From contig DASXER010000076.1 of NCBI GenBank assembly GCA_036490015.1, positions 9,480-73,479 on the forward strand: a stretch of DNA of 64,000 bases, read 5' to 3'. Positions 1 through 9,672 of the stretch are shown here, one piece after another. Position 1 is the stretch's first letter, and every line of letters begins with the position of its first letter. Position numbers and translations under genes: made by a program. The notes under the pieces are model-generated. The model did no database searches. It had not been told where the DNA came from and was given only the letters and a program-made list of their open reading frames with translations. Origin of the DNA: Solirubrobacteraceae bacterium. Lineage in GTDB: Bacteria; Actinomycetota; Thermoleophilia; Solirubrobacterales; Solirubrobacteraceae.

Positions 1-2
1 CA

Positions 3-212
3 CGGGCGGTCGCCTCGGCCAAGACTTCGATCAAGGGCGACGGTGGGCTGCAGACACTGACGCTGACGCTGTCGCACGCCTACCTCTCGCTGGCGGCCCA
101 CCGTGGCGGCCTCGCGGCCGCGGCGACCGTAACGTTCAGTACCGCCGGTCACGCCGCGTTGCGCGTAAGCGTGCCCGTCAGCTTCCATCGCACGGCCGGC
201 GCCCGCCGATGA
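3..212 (+). CDS. 3' end of a gene truncated by the window edge; C-terminal beta-rich basic domain of a probable exported protein
   Basis: Frame 3 is open from the edge (RAVASAKTSIKGDGGLQTLTLTLSHAYLSLAAHRGGLAAAATVTFSTAGHAALRVSVPVSFHRTAGARR*). Its TGA (210-212) overlaps the next ATG (ATGA). Confidence 0.7.
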   Translation, partial: RAVASAKTSIKGDGGLQTLTLTLSHAYLSLAAHRGGLAAAATVTFSTAGHAALRVSVPVSFHRTAGARR

Positions 213-2035
213 GCAGGTCACTGGTCGCGCCGCTGCTGCTGCTGACGCTGGTCGCGCTCTCGGCGAGCACGCTCGCGCTCGCGCCGACGGCGCGGGCCTT
301 CGAAGCCGGCGTGCAATGGCGCCTGGCTCAGCCCGCGCCGCCGCCCGCGCCGCCTGGCGTCGAACAGCCGCAGACGGCCGTCGGCCTCGGCCACATCGGC
401 GAGATCTCGTTCTACGCCCCCAACCGCGGCGCGTTGATCACCGCCGGCGATCCGCCGACGGTGCCGCCCGGGGTGTGGGAGTACAACGGCGTCGAATGGC
501 ACGAGATCTCCGAAGTCTGCGGCGCCACCGATGGGCGCATCGTGTGGGCCGGGCCAGAAGAATTCTGGACCGTCTCCGACGGTCGCCCCGGACAGGCGCT
601 CGTGGAAGGCAAACGCCCGCCGCTGGAAGACGACACGCTGTGCCGCTTCTCGAACCCGAAACACGAAGGCGAACCGCTACAGGCGATGGAATCGTTTGCC
701 TTCCCCGCCTTCCAGGCCGACTCCTATCAACCGATGCACGCCGCCGGCTGCTTCAGCCCGAGCGACTGCTGGTTTGGAGGGGGGCCGCTGCCCGCCGAAG
801 CGCTCGACGCGGGGACCTTCGAGCTGCACTGGAACGGGCACGAGCTGATCGAGGCGCCGTTGCGTGGCGAAGGCCGCACGATCGAGGGCATGGCGGCCTT
901 CGAAGGGCGCCTGTTCGAGGGCGCGCGGATCGCGACCGGCGACCGCGAAGAACCGGAAAACCCGCGCCCGCCGGCGTTGCACGCGGTCGGCCCCGAACCG
1001 TCGTCGTTCGTGGGCTTCGAAGCGCTGCCGTTGTACGAAGGCGGCGAGTTCCCGCAGGCGCTCGACTTCCTGCACCTCACGCCCAGCGCCGAATTTCTGT
1101 GGGCCGGCGCCGGCGTCCAGAAAACGCCGACCGGCTCGCTCCCAGGTCGCATCACAATCCTGCGCGGCACCAATCTGGCAGAAGGCGAAGGCTCCTGGAC
1201 GCAGGTGGTCGGGCCGCTCGCGCCGCTCAACAGCGAACCGTTCCCGGGTCAGACGCTGACCGCGCTGGCCGCCGAACCGGGCAGCGAAAGCGCCTGGATC
1301 GGCCTCGACACGCTCGAAGACTCCGAACGGCCGTCGGGGACGGCGGCGGCGAAGGTCGCGCGCGTCTCGGCTCAGCCCGGCGAAGGCATCGAAGCGCGGG
1401 AAACGCTGCCGGGAGCGCGTGGCGCCACGTCCTTCCTGACCTGCCCGGCGGCGCAGGACTGCTGGCTCGCGACGACCTCCGGCTGGCTCTACCACCTCTC
1501 CAGCGAACAGGAAGAGACGCTCGAACCTGACCCCGACCCGGCCTTCGAAACCTTCATCACAGAACGGCCGCTCGACCAGGGGTTGCCGCAGACCCCTCCG
1601 GACACGCTGCCGAGCGACGACTCGGGGCTGCCGGAAGGTCCGCCCGAAGGAGAAAGCTCGAAGGCCGAAACGGAACCGGTCGAAGAAGCCAGGCGCACCT
1701 TGCCGCTGCTCACGCACGTCCACAGTCACCTGCACGGGACTGTGCTCGAACTGCGCTTCCACCTCACGGTCAAGGCGCGCGTGCGCCTGCTCGCCAAGCG
1801 TGCCAAGAAGGTCGTCGCACGGACGCCGATGCGTACGCTGAAGGCCGGCAACCGCTGCCTGAGCTTGCGCTTGAACGTCCGTCGCTGGCCGACCAAGCTG
1901 GCGCTCGAGACGCACCCGCTGGCCCCGCTTCCCACCGTCGCGGGCGCGGGCGGCGGCGGCGGCGAAAACGTCGTCAGCACCTCGCTCGAGTTCCCCGCCG
2001 TGCGCGCCGCCGACGAGTTCGGACAGCTGCCTTGA
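209..2035 (+). CDS. Exported hypothetical protein: signal peptide, Trp/Cys-containing beta-propeller-like body, Pro/acidic linker, basic beta-rich C-terminal domain
   Basis: 608-aa ORF with a hydrophobic N-terminus ending ARA/F, repeated W-x-G blades (CWFGG, LHWNG, CWLAT) and a K/R-rich tail. Coupled to both neighbours by 4-nt overlaps. Confidence 0.8.
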   Translation: MSRSLVAPLLLLTLVALSASTLALAPTARAFEAGVQWRLAQPAPPPAPPGVEQPQTAVGLGHIGEISFYAPNRGALITAGDPPTVPPGVWEYNGVEWHEISEVCGATDGRIVWAGPEEFWTVSDGRPGQALVEGKRPPLEDDTLCRFSNPKHEGEPLQAMESFAFPAFQADSYQPMHAAGCFSPSDCWFGGGPLPAEALDAGTFELHWNGHELIEAPLRGEGRTIEGMAAFEGRLFEGARIATGDREEPENPRPPALHAVGPEPSSFVGFEALPLYEGGEFPQALDFLHLTPSAEFLWAGAGVQKTPTGSLPGRITILRGTNLAEGEGSWTQVVGPLAPLNSEPFPGQTLTALAAEPGSESAWIGLDTLEDSERPSGTAAAKVARVSAQPGEGIEARETLPGARGATSFLTCPAAQDCWLATTSGWLYHLSSEQEETLEPDPDPAFETFITERPLDQGLPQTPPDTLPSDDSGLPEGPPEGESSKAETEPVEEARRTLPLLTHVHSHLHGTVLELRFHLTVKARVRLLAKRAKKVVARTPMRTLKAGNRCLSLRLNVRRWPTKLALETHPLAPLPTVAGAGGGGGENVVSTSLEFPAVRAADEFGQLP

Positions 2036-5000
2036 GCTCCAATACCGCAGCTTGGCGCCGCCGTCGCATCCGGCGCGTATCGGCGCTGTGCGCGCTCGTC
2101 GCGCTGCTCGCCCTCGTCGCCCTGACCGCGCCTTGGCGCGCCGGTACGTCGCTCGCCTCCGGACAGGCGGCCACCGGCGAAGTCTCGGTGCAGACCGACG
2201 CCTCGGTGCCGGCCGAGAGCGTGCTGATGCTCGGCTCCTCGCCCCAGGAGGCGCCGGGGGAGACCTGGGGCATCGGCCGCCTGGGCCTCGGCGGACACGC
2301 GCCGACCGCCGTCGTGCGCTACGAAGCCGGCGCGGGCTGGACGCTCGCGCCCACGATCCTCGACGGCGAAGGCAGACCGCTCGGCGGCTTCGTGCCCGAC
2401 GAAACCGGCTTGGCCGGTTCGGTCACGCCCACCGGCGCGGCCGCCGTACTGGGCCGCGCGCCCGAAAGCAGCGCTCCGAACAGCCCGCTGAAGGAGATGG
2501 TGCTCGTGCGAGCGCCCGGGCACGCCTTCCAGCAGACGGCGAGCGAAGCGCCGCTCACCGCCCCGGAACGTCTCTTCAGCGGCGAACGGACGCCGCTCGT
2601 GACCGCGCTCGAAGAAGGCGAAGGCCACGCCGGGGTCTTGATCGTGCCCGAAAGCAAAGAACCCGAGGTCCTGCACTGGAACGGCTCGCAGTGGTCGAGC
2701 GAGCCGATCGAAGTGCCGACGGCGGCCAAAGAAGCGGGCGGCTTCCGGGCGCTGGGGCTCGCCGCCAGCTCGCCCGGGAACGCCTGGCTGCTGGCCAGGC
2801 TGTCCTCCCAGTCAGGCGCGGTGGCGCTCTTCCGACGGGCGGAAACCGGCGAAGGCTCCTTCGTCTGGCGCCCGGTCTCGCCCGCACCCGGCGCGAGCCC
2901 CGGGGCGCCGATCGAAGCCAATGGCGAACAGCTCGAAGCGCTGTCCAGCACCGAAGTGCAGCAGCTAGCCGTCACCAGCCAGGGCGTGTGGGTCGACGGC
3001 GGGCGCCCCGGCGGCTCGATCGCGCTGACGCTGTTCTTCAAGCCCGGCGAAGAAGAAGGCAGCGGCGAAGTCATCGCCAGCTGGTGCGCCGTCCCGCCAG
3101 GGGCCGAAAAGCACTGCGACCACGTGCTGCCCGAACCGCTGCCAACGGGCCAGTCGCGGACGTTCGCATGGGCAGAAGGCGCGGGCCAGTTCGGTGGCCG
3201 CGTCATCACAGGCCTGACAGAAGGCGACACCATGCGCCTGGAAGCGGACGGCGAATACGCGCTCGTGCTCGGCAAGGGCGAAGGCGTGGGGGCGCTGGAA
3301 TCGGTCGCGCACAAGCTCGGCGCGGCTTTCTCCTCGCCGACAGAGGGCTGGCTCGGAAACCTGGAGCTGCCGGTGCACCTGACCCAGAGCCCCGAACCGA
3401 ATCGTCTGGAGAACGTCTCGGTGCCGTTCCGCAAACCGCTGCTCGCGATCGCTCCGCAGCCCGGCGTCCCGGTCGGCGCGCTGTCGAGTCAGGCGCTCGC
3501 GGTCGGGGTCGAAGGGCAGGTCGCACGCTTCGTTCCCGGCAGCGGGCCACACCCCGAAGAAGAAGGCCTCTGGAAGCCGGAAAGCCTCCTCGATCCCTCG
3601 GGTGGCAAGGAAAACCCCGAGCTGCGCGCGGTCGCCTGGCCGTCGCCGTCGCGCGCCTACGCGGTCGGCGTGCCAGTACAGGGCAAGCTCGACCAGATGT
3701 GGCTGTGGCGCGGCGAAACCGGCCTGTGGGAACCGGACCCCGCCGAGCCGCCCAACCTGCGCGCGGACCTGCTCGGCGTGGCGTTCGAATATGGCAATCC
3801 GGCGCGCGGCTACGTCGTCGGTCAGCAGGGCGCGCTGCTGCGTTACGGCAAGAGCTGGACCGCGGAACAGTCCTGCGAAGTCGCGCCGCAGCCGTGCCTG
3901 CCGCTGTCGGTCGCGGCGATCGCGAAGACCAGCTTCACCTCGGTCGCGTTCGCGGGCCCGGAAGCGCTCGTCGCGTATCGGACTCCGTCCGTGAGCTTCG
4001 AAGGTGGACACGAGGGCGCCTTCAGCTACAGCGGCGGGATACTCGTCAACAGCGGCGGCGAATGGAAGCTCGACGAAGGCGCCTCGCAAGCGCTCGAAGG
4101 CGGTATTCCGTGGGCGGTCGCCGGCTTGCCCGACGGCGGCGCCGCGATATCGGCCGAATCGGCCGGCGGCGGCCAGCCGCTGGTGCTGGAGCGTGAGGGC
4201 GCCGGCGCATCGTGGCGCGGGACCCCCGAGCCTTATCCCGGCTTCACCGAGCCCGGCTCGCTCGCGCTGTTCAGGGAAGCGGGCGCGCTGCGCGTGATCG
4301 GCTCCGGTGGAGCGCCGGCCACCATCCAGACCGACAGCCAAGCGGAACCGCCGGCGGGCGCGCCGCCGAACCTCGGCGAACCGTATCCGCTGGCCGAACT
4401 TGGGGGCGACGTCCTGCGTCAGACCGCGACCGGCTGGCGCGACGAGGAACACGAACACACCGACGGCGGACCTCCGCCGGGCCAGTACGCGATGTACGAC
4501 GAAGTCTATGAACCGGACCCGATCGCGGCCGTGATGGTCAACGAAACCGGCACCGCCGGTTGGGGCGCGGGCGGCGTCGTACCAGGCGCCGAAAAAGGAG
4601 CTCAGACAGCCGACATCGTCCGCTACCCGGCCGAAGGCAAGGCGCCGGCGGCGCACACGCCGATCGAAACGCCCGCGGGCGACGCCGAGTTCGCGATCGG
4701 CGGTGGAGCGCAGTGCCGCTCGACCTGCGCGCTGCGCGCCCGCGCGGGGATCGGACCCGACGTGTGGCTGAGCGACGCGCTGGGCGTGGCCGCGAGCGTG
4801 CCGAACGTGCGTGCCTTCCTTTATGCCGGGCCGCGTGTCTCGACGGGCAAGACCACCGGCGCGCCGCAGGAAATCTTCCCTTACGAACGCGAGCTGGCGC
4901 GCTACGGGAGCCTGCTCTCGGATAGCCCGCTGCCGGTGCTCGCCGCGGCCAGCGAATCGGAGCTCGACTTCGACAACGAGTGTCCGTTCGCCGAACTTGT

Positions 5001-6501
5001 GTCCGCCTCCGTGGCGCCGCGGGGGACCGCGCGCTCGAACGCCGAACTCGTCGAACGCGGCGAAGGCGGGGAAGCCTGCGGGGAAGCGCACGCCTATTAC
5101 TCCTATGAGTCGCGCCCGACGCAGACGAGCGGCGCGAGCGGCGGCCTCGTGCGGGTGATCGTGCTCGACCAGGCGGGCGAAGCCGACGCCGCCGAGCAAG
5201 AATGGCTTGCCGGAGAACTCAAGCGCGCAGGGGAATTCGCGCAGGCCGCGATCGTGCTCGGCAGCGTCACGCCGGTCAGCGGCAAAGGTCTCGCTTGCAC
5301 GCTCGACAGGGGCAACGCCTCGGCCTACTTCTTCTACGTGCCGGAAGAGAACCTAGCCAGCACGGCGGTCTGTGCGGGCTCGACCGCGGTCCCGGCCTAC
5401 GGCACCGGCACGCTCGGCTACGTGCTCGCGCAGAACGCCGAAACGCAGGACTTCATCGGGCAGAGCGGCATCTTGATCGCGAGCATCGGCGCCTACTCCT
5501 CCGAAGCCAAACGGGCGCCGGTGACCGTTCAGCTCACACCCGAGATTGGCGAATTGGCGATCGAAGCGATCGACGGCACGCTCCTGCGCCGCAGCCACGC
5601 CGCGCTGTTCACGGGCCTCGCGCGTCGGCCGCGCGCCGGCAACGAGGCGCTGCAGGCCAACGAGCGCCGTGGGCACCGTTCGGATGCCTACATACCGATC
5701 TCCCAGGAATGCATCGGGGCGCTGTGCGCCAGCGGCATCCAACCAGAATTCACTTTCGAATCGAGCGAACCCAGCGTGGGCGACTTCGTCAAGCGCAACC
5801 TGCAAGCCGAAGCGAGGGCGGTGCTGCTCAATGGCGCGGGGGTGCCGGAAGCCGACCCACATTCGGCGCTGTTCTGCGCCTTCAACCCCGGTGAAACGAC
5901 GGTCAAGCTGAAATCTGGCGGGCTTGAAGCCACGATGCGGGTTCTGGTCCAGAACGGCAGCGTGCGTCGGCCGTGCGGCACCGTGCCGGCCAAGAACGTG
6001 CCCGCGAAAGGCGCCGAAGTACCACCGCCGGTCGCACCGTCCGCGGCGAGCCCCACGCCGTCGCCCAACATCTCGTTGAACATCGTTCCGCCGCCACCGC
6101 CGTCTCCAGCCGCGAGCACACCGGCAGCGGTCGCGGCGGCACCGGTGTTCACGCCGGCCCTGACGCCGGTGCCACTGCCGGTGATCGTGCCGCCGCCGCT
6201 GCCGGCTCCTAACCCGACACCCCCGAGCGGCACCTCACCCGTCACCTCTCCCGTCGAGGCGGCGCAGAAGGAAGAGGAGAAAGAGGAGGCGACGGAGTCG
6301 GTCAGCAACCAGGCCGTCGCCTACCACCCCTCAGAACACGAGCCGGCACCCGCTTATCTGCTGGGTCTCATAGCGCTGGCGGCGCTCGCCGGCGTCTCGA
6401 TCCGCCGGCGCCCGGGGCGTCGCCGGCGGGACATCAGCCTGGCGCACGTGACTGTTTCGAGCCGCACCGCGCGCGACTGGCGCCAGCGCCGTCCGTGGTG
6501 A
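2032..6501 (+). CDS. Large membrane-anchored surface protein (1489 aa): propeller-like repeats, possible degenerate metallophosphoesterase-like region, Pro-rich stalk, C-terminal TM plus basic tail
   Basis: TTG start overlaps the upstream TGA. Arg-rich n-region plus h-region; repeats such as LRAVAWPSPSRAYAVG and LLGVAFEYGNPARGYVVG; PPPPPSP stalk; C-terminal YLLGLIALAALAGVSIRRRPGRRRR. Confidence 0.8.
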   Translation: MSSNTAAWRRRRIRRVSALCALVALLALVALTAPWRAGTSLASGQAATGEVSVQTDASVPAESVLMLGSSPQEAPGETWGIGRLGLGGHAPTAVVRYEAGAGWTLAPTILDGEGRPLGGFVPDETGLAGSVTPTGAAAVLGRAPESSAPNSPLKEMVLVRAPGHAFQQTASEAPLTAPERLFSGERTPLVTALEEGEGHAGVLIVPESKEPEVLHWNGSQWSSEPIEVPTAAKEAGGFRALGLAASSPGNAWLLARLSSQSGAVALFRRAETGEGSFVWRPVSPAPGASPGAPIEANGEQLEALSSTEVQQLAVTSQGVWVDGGRPGGSIALTLFFKPGEEEGSGEVIASWCAVPPGAEKHCDHVLPEPLPTGQSRTFAWAEGAGQFGGRVITGLTEGDTMRLEADGEYALVLGKGEGVGALESVAHKLGAAFSSPTEGWLGNLELPVHLTQSPEPNRLENVSVPFRKPLLAIAPQPGVPVGALSSQALAVGVEGQVARFVPGSGPHPEEEGLWKPESLLDPSGGKENPELRAVAWPSPSRAYAVGVPVQGKLDQMWLWRGETGLWEPDPAEPPNLRADLLGVAFEYGNPARGYVVGQQGALLRYGKSWTAEQSCEVAPQPCLPLSVAAIAKTSFTSVAFAGPEALVAYRTPSVSFEGGHEGAFSYSGGILVNSGGEWKLDEGASQALEGGIPWAVAGLPDGGAAISAESAGGGQPLVLEREGAGASWRGTPEPYPGFTEPGSLALFREAGALRVIGSGGAPATIQTDSQAEPPAGAPPNLGEPYPLAELGGDVLRQTATGWRDEEHEHTDGGPPPGQYAMYDEVYEPDPIAAVMVNETGTAGWGAGGVVPGAEKGAQTADIVRYPAEGKAPAAHTPIETPAGDAEFAIGGGAQCRSTCALRARAGIGPDVWLSDALGVAASVPNVRAFLYAGPRVSTGKTTGAPQEIFPYERELARYGSLLSDSPLPVLAAASESELDFDNECPFAELVSASVAPRGTARSNAELVERGEGGEACGEAHAYYSYESRPTQTSGASGGLVRVIVLDQAGEADAAEQEWLAGELKRAGEFAQAAIVLGSVTPVSGKGLACTLDRGNASAYFFYVPEENLASTAVCAGSTAVPAYGTGTLGYVLAQNAETQDFIGQSGILIASIGAYSSEAKRAPVTVQLTPEIGELAIEAIDGTLLRRSHAALFTGLARRPRAGNEALQANERRGHRSDAYIPISQECIGALCASGIQPEFTFESSEPSVGDFVKRNLQAEARAVLLNGAGVPEADPHSALFCAFNPGETTVKLKSGGLEATMRVLVQNGSVRRPCGTVPAKNVPAKGAEVPPPVAPSAASPTPSPNISLNIVPPPPPSPAASTPAAVAAAPVFTPALTPVPLPVIVPPPLPAPNPTPPSGTSPVTSPVEAAQKEEEKEEATESVSNQAVAYHPSEHEPAPAYLLGLIALAALAGVSIRRRPGRRRRDISLAHVTVSSRTARDWRQRRPW

Positions 6502-6653
6502 CGAGACGTTCACGATTCGGCAACACCGTGTCTCCAGTAGCACGGGATGATCTTTTCACCGGGGGTCACTGCTGACGTGAGCGCGTTGCGACGCCCGACC
6601 GGTCCAGCCATGAAGCGAGCGGTGCGCCAGTAAGGCCGCGAGATAGGAGCAAG

Positions 6654-9389
6654 ATGCCTCACCCGTCCTCGTCCGTCACTTTCATGCGCCGGCTCCTGCC
6701 GGCCGCGCTCGTCGTGTTCGCGCTGCCGTTCGTGAGCGCCGGCGCCAAGGCAGCCGATTTTGGTGAAATCTCTCGCTTCGGCGAACCAGCTCCAACGGTT
6801 GGAGTGAAAGAATTCTTTGTCGGCAACGGCAAGATCGCGCCTTCCTTCAAACATCTGATCGGCGTCGACAGCGAAGACAACAGCGCCTACGTGCTCGAAG
6901 AACCTCGCCAGAGCGAAGAAATCGAAGAAGGCGCACAAGAAGGCGAATTCCGGCACTGGTACCGCGTGCAGAAGTTCGACGCGACCGGCAAATTCGTCGT
7001 CGAGTCGCCGATCTTCGAAGTTGTCACGGCCGAACAGGAAGAAGAAGAAGGCGAAGAAACCGAGGAGGACGTCCAGGGCATCGCGGTCGACCCGGGGGCG
7101 AAAACGCTCTACTTCCTGATCAACGAGGACCGCGCCGAAGGACGCTCAGACGAAGAAATCGAGACCGCCGGCTACCTGTTCGCGCTCTCGACCACGACGC
7201 TCGAAGGCGCCGCCGGCACCACCAATGGCGTCCTGGCTGGGCCCGAAGCGCTCAAGACCGAGTCCAAGGAAATCTCGCAGCCGCTGCTCGAACCGCGCGG
7301 GATCACCGTCGACCCGGCCAAGCACGAAGTGATCATTCTCGCCGAGGAGGATGAAAAAAAGGAAGAAAAATACCATTGGGTGCTGCAGCGGGTAACTCCC
7401 GCTGGTGCGCTCGGCGAACGCTACGTCGACACCAAGGACTTCCTCTATCACCGCTTCGAAGAGGCCGGCACCAAACAGATCGGAGGCGCGCCCGCTTCTC
7501 CGGTCGTGACGAGCGCCGGCAAGGTGCTGGTCGAAGACAACTTCGAACGTATCGTCAAGCGTGAAGACAAATTCTTCCCCGAAGCGTTCCTCGAGGTGGC
7601 TGAAATCCCGGCCAGCTTCGCCTCGGCCACCGGCAAAGGCGAAGAACCGACAGCCGTCATCGACGAATCGCGGGAGCTGACGACGCCGCGCGTGGCCGAA
7701 AGCGAAGGCTACGAATACGGCGGCAGCCTGGCTGCCTCCCCGGAAGGGAATCTCTATCAACGCGGCAATGTCGAAGACGTGCTCGACGGCCACGTGCAGA
7801 AGCCGGGCGTGTTGATCCGCTCGGCTTCTACGGGCGCCGTGTCCGGCTGGACCGGTGGGCGCACACAGACCTCGGCCGGCGACGCCTGCTCGCTCGAACC
7901 GGGCGTGAGCGAATCGCCGCTGCCGGTTGTAGCCGCCGGCAAAGAAGGCAAGCTGTTCGTGCTTGCCGGCGAATACCTCAAACCGTCCGGCGAAGGGCTC
8001 GAAGAATACAAAAGCCATGCGGCGGTGATCGTGTTCGGCCCGTCAGGCAGCGGCTGCGCGGGAGACACGGTTGGCACGATCGTCGCCAAGGAAGGCGCCA
8101 GCCAGGTGAGCGAACCGCTCCAAGGCCTGCCCGTGAGCCTCTCGTTGGCGCTGACCGGCGGTGACGTGGTGTCGGCGAAATGGACGATCGAACACGAAGG
8201 CAAAAAAGAAGAACTCCCGTTCACGAGCCAGCGCACCCAGGAAACGGGTATCACGCACAAGTTCGAAGCCTCCGGTGAATTCAAGATCACCGTCAAGGGC
8301 ACGAGCGACAACCTCGTCGGTCCGACCGAATTCGAATCGACGCGCACGCTCAAAGTCAAGGGCGAACCGGTCAAGCCGGCGATCACGGAACAGCCGAACA
8401 GCGTCTCGGTGCCAGCAGGCGGCGAAGCGACGTTCAAAGCCAGCGCTTCGGGGCCTCCGGAAACCGCTGAATGGTTGGTATCTTGCGAAGAAGGCAAGGC
8501 GTTCGAAAAAGACACGATCGACGCCGGCCACAATACGAACACGCTGAAAGTCAAAGCGAGCAAAGCCGACAACGGCTGTCGCTACGAGGCGGTGTTCAAG
8601 AACAGCAAGGGCGAAGCCACCAGCGAACCGGCGACGCTGACCGTCACCCTCGAAACCTTCGAACCTCTGAGCATCGCCGAACAGCCGGTCAGCCAGTCGG
8701 CCGCCGAAGGCGCGACCGTGAGCTTCAAAGCAGGCGCCAAAGGCGTTCCAGCGCCGACCGTTCAGTGGCAGGTCTCGACCAATGGCGGGGCGTTCAGCGT
8801 CCTAAGCGGCAGGACCCAGACCACGCTGACGCTGACCAAAGTCTCGGCGAGTCAGTCGGGCAACGAGTACAGGGCCGTGTTCGACCAGGAAGGAACCGAC
8901 GCGACGACGAACCCCGCGACGCTGACGGTCAGCGCCGTCGTGGTGTCTCCGCCGCCAGCGCCCGGGCCGGGTAGCGAACCTCCCGCGCCGGGCTCGGGAG
9001 GAGTCGAACACGAACACGTCGTCGCCCCGAAGGCGATCTTCGCCGGCGTCACGTTCAGCGTGCCGTCCTCGGGCGCGATCCCGTTCAAGGTCAGCTGTGC
9101 GACCGGAGCCACGACATGCGACGGGACGATCGTGCTGAAGACAGCCACCGCCGTCAGCGCGTCGCCGAAAGCCAGGAAGAAGATCCTGACGGTGGGCACG
9201 GTCTCGTTCACGTTGACCGGCGGCGGCAGCAAGACGCTCACGCTGCACCTGAGCGCGGCCGGGCGCAAACTGCTCGCGCGCTCGCACACGCTGCGACTCA
9301 AGGCGACGATCACGTCTCACGACACGGCTGGCGAAAAGATCGTCACGACCAGGACGATCACGCTCAAGCCGGCCATGAAGAAGCGCTGA
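6654..9389 (+). CDS. Exported multidomain protein: NHL-like propeller, PKD-like domain, two Ig-like domains, Pro linker, basic C-terminal beta-sandwich
   Basis: GGAG SD before the ATG (alternative start 6684). GIAVDP/GITVDP blades; THKFEASGEFKITVKG (PKD-like); PAITEQPNSVSV and LSIAEQPVSQS with QWQVS...YRAVF (Ig-like). Confidence 0.8.
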   Translation: MPHPSSSVTFMRRLLPAALVVFALPFVSAGAKAADFGEISRFGEPAPTVGVKEFFVGNGKIAPSFKHLIGVDSEDNSAYVLEEPRQSEEIEEGAQEGEFRHWYRVQKFDATGKFVVESPIFEVVTAEQEEEEGEETEEDVQGIAVDPGAKTLYFLINEDRAEGRSDEEIETAGYLFALSTTTLEGAAGTTNGVLAGPEALKTESKEISQPLLEPRGITVDPAKHEVIILAEEDEKKEEKYHWVLQRVTPAGALGERYVDTKDFLYHRFEEAGTKQIGGAPASPVVTSAGKVLVEDNFERIVKREDKFFPEAFLEVAEIPASFASATGKGEEPTAVIDESRELTTPRVAESEGYEYGGSLAASPEGNLYQRGNVEDVLDGHVQKPGVLIRSASTGAVSGWTGGRTQTSAGDACSLEPGVSESPLPVVAAGKEGKLFVLAGEYLKPSGEGLEEYKSHAAVIVFGPSGSGCAGDTVGTIVAKEGASQVSEPLQGLPVSLSLALTGGDVVSAKWTIEHEGKKEELPFTSQRTQETGITHKFEASGEFKITVKGTSDNLVGPTEFESTRTLKVKGEPVKPAITEQPNSVSVPAGGEATFKASASGPPETAEWLVSCEEGKAFEKDTIDAGHNTNTLKVKASKADNGCRYEAVFKNSKGEATSEPATLTVTLETFEPLSIAEQPVSQSAAEGATVSFKAGAKGVPAPTVQWQVSTNGGAFSVLSGRTQTTLTLTKVSASQSGNEYRAVFDQEGTDATTNPATLTVSAVVVSPPPAPGPGSEPPAPGSGGVEHEHVVAPKAIFAGVTFSVPSSGAIPFKVSCATGATTCDGTIVLKTATAVSASPKARKKILTVGTVSFTLTGGGSKTLTLHLSAAGRKLLARSHTLRLKATITSHDTAGEKIVTTRTITLKPAMKKR

Positions 9390-9468
9390 ACCATGACGTC
9401 TCGTGAGCGCCCGGCGACGCCGCCGGGCGCTCCTTGCGGACGTGGTCAGACGTTGGCCATGCGGTGCC

Positions 9469-9512
9469 TTTCACACTCCGTTTGCACCGCGTTCACACGG
9501 CGTCCCAGCGGT
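9469..9512 (+). promoter_or_regulatory. PHO-box-like 11-bp direct repeat units upstream of the pstS-like gene
   Basis: TTTCACACTCC / GTTTGCACCGC / GTTCACACGGC / GTCCCAGCGGT in exact 11-nt phase. The third unit resembles the Streptomyces PhoP GTTCACC-type repeat. Another GTTCACGCGGT lies at 9539. Confidence 0.5.
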
Positions 9513-9672
9513 AACACTCTGGCAACAAGAGCCTCAGTGTTCACGCGGTATCCGGCGGTATCACAGCTTGATAACCCCGCCCCGGATGCCAGTTGAGAGT
9601 GTTCCCGCCGGGGGCCGGCCGGCCCCGCCATTCCACTCAGGAATACGTTTACATCATGGAGGTAAACAACAA

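Noticed and set aside
6240-6501. Sortase (LPxTG) anchor on the 1489-aa protein
   Set aside because: No LPxTG-like motif before the TM and no sortase gene in the window.
9403-9672. ORF-track N-terminal extensions (pstS from 9403; also 16976, 28850, 35720, 41181, 41432, 45898, 54787, 58633, 61304)
   Set aside because: Better-supported downstream starts exist (SD or -10 geometry, signal peptides, family N-termini); the extensions run through promoters or neighbouring genes.
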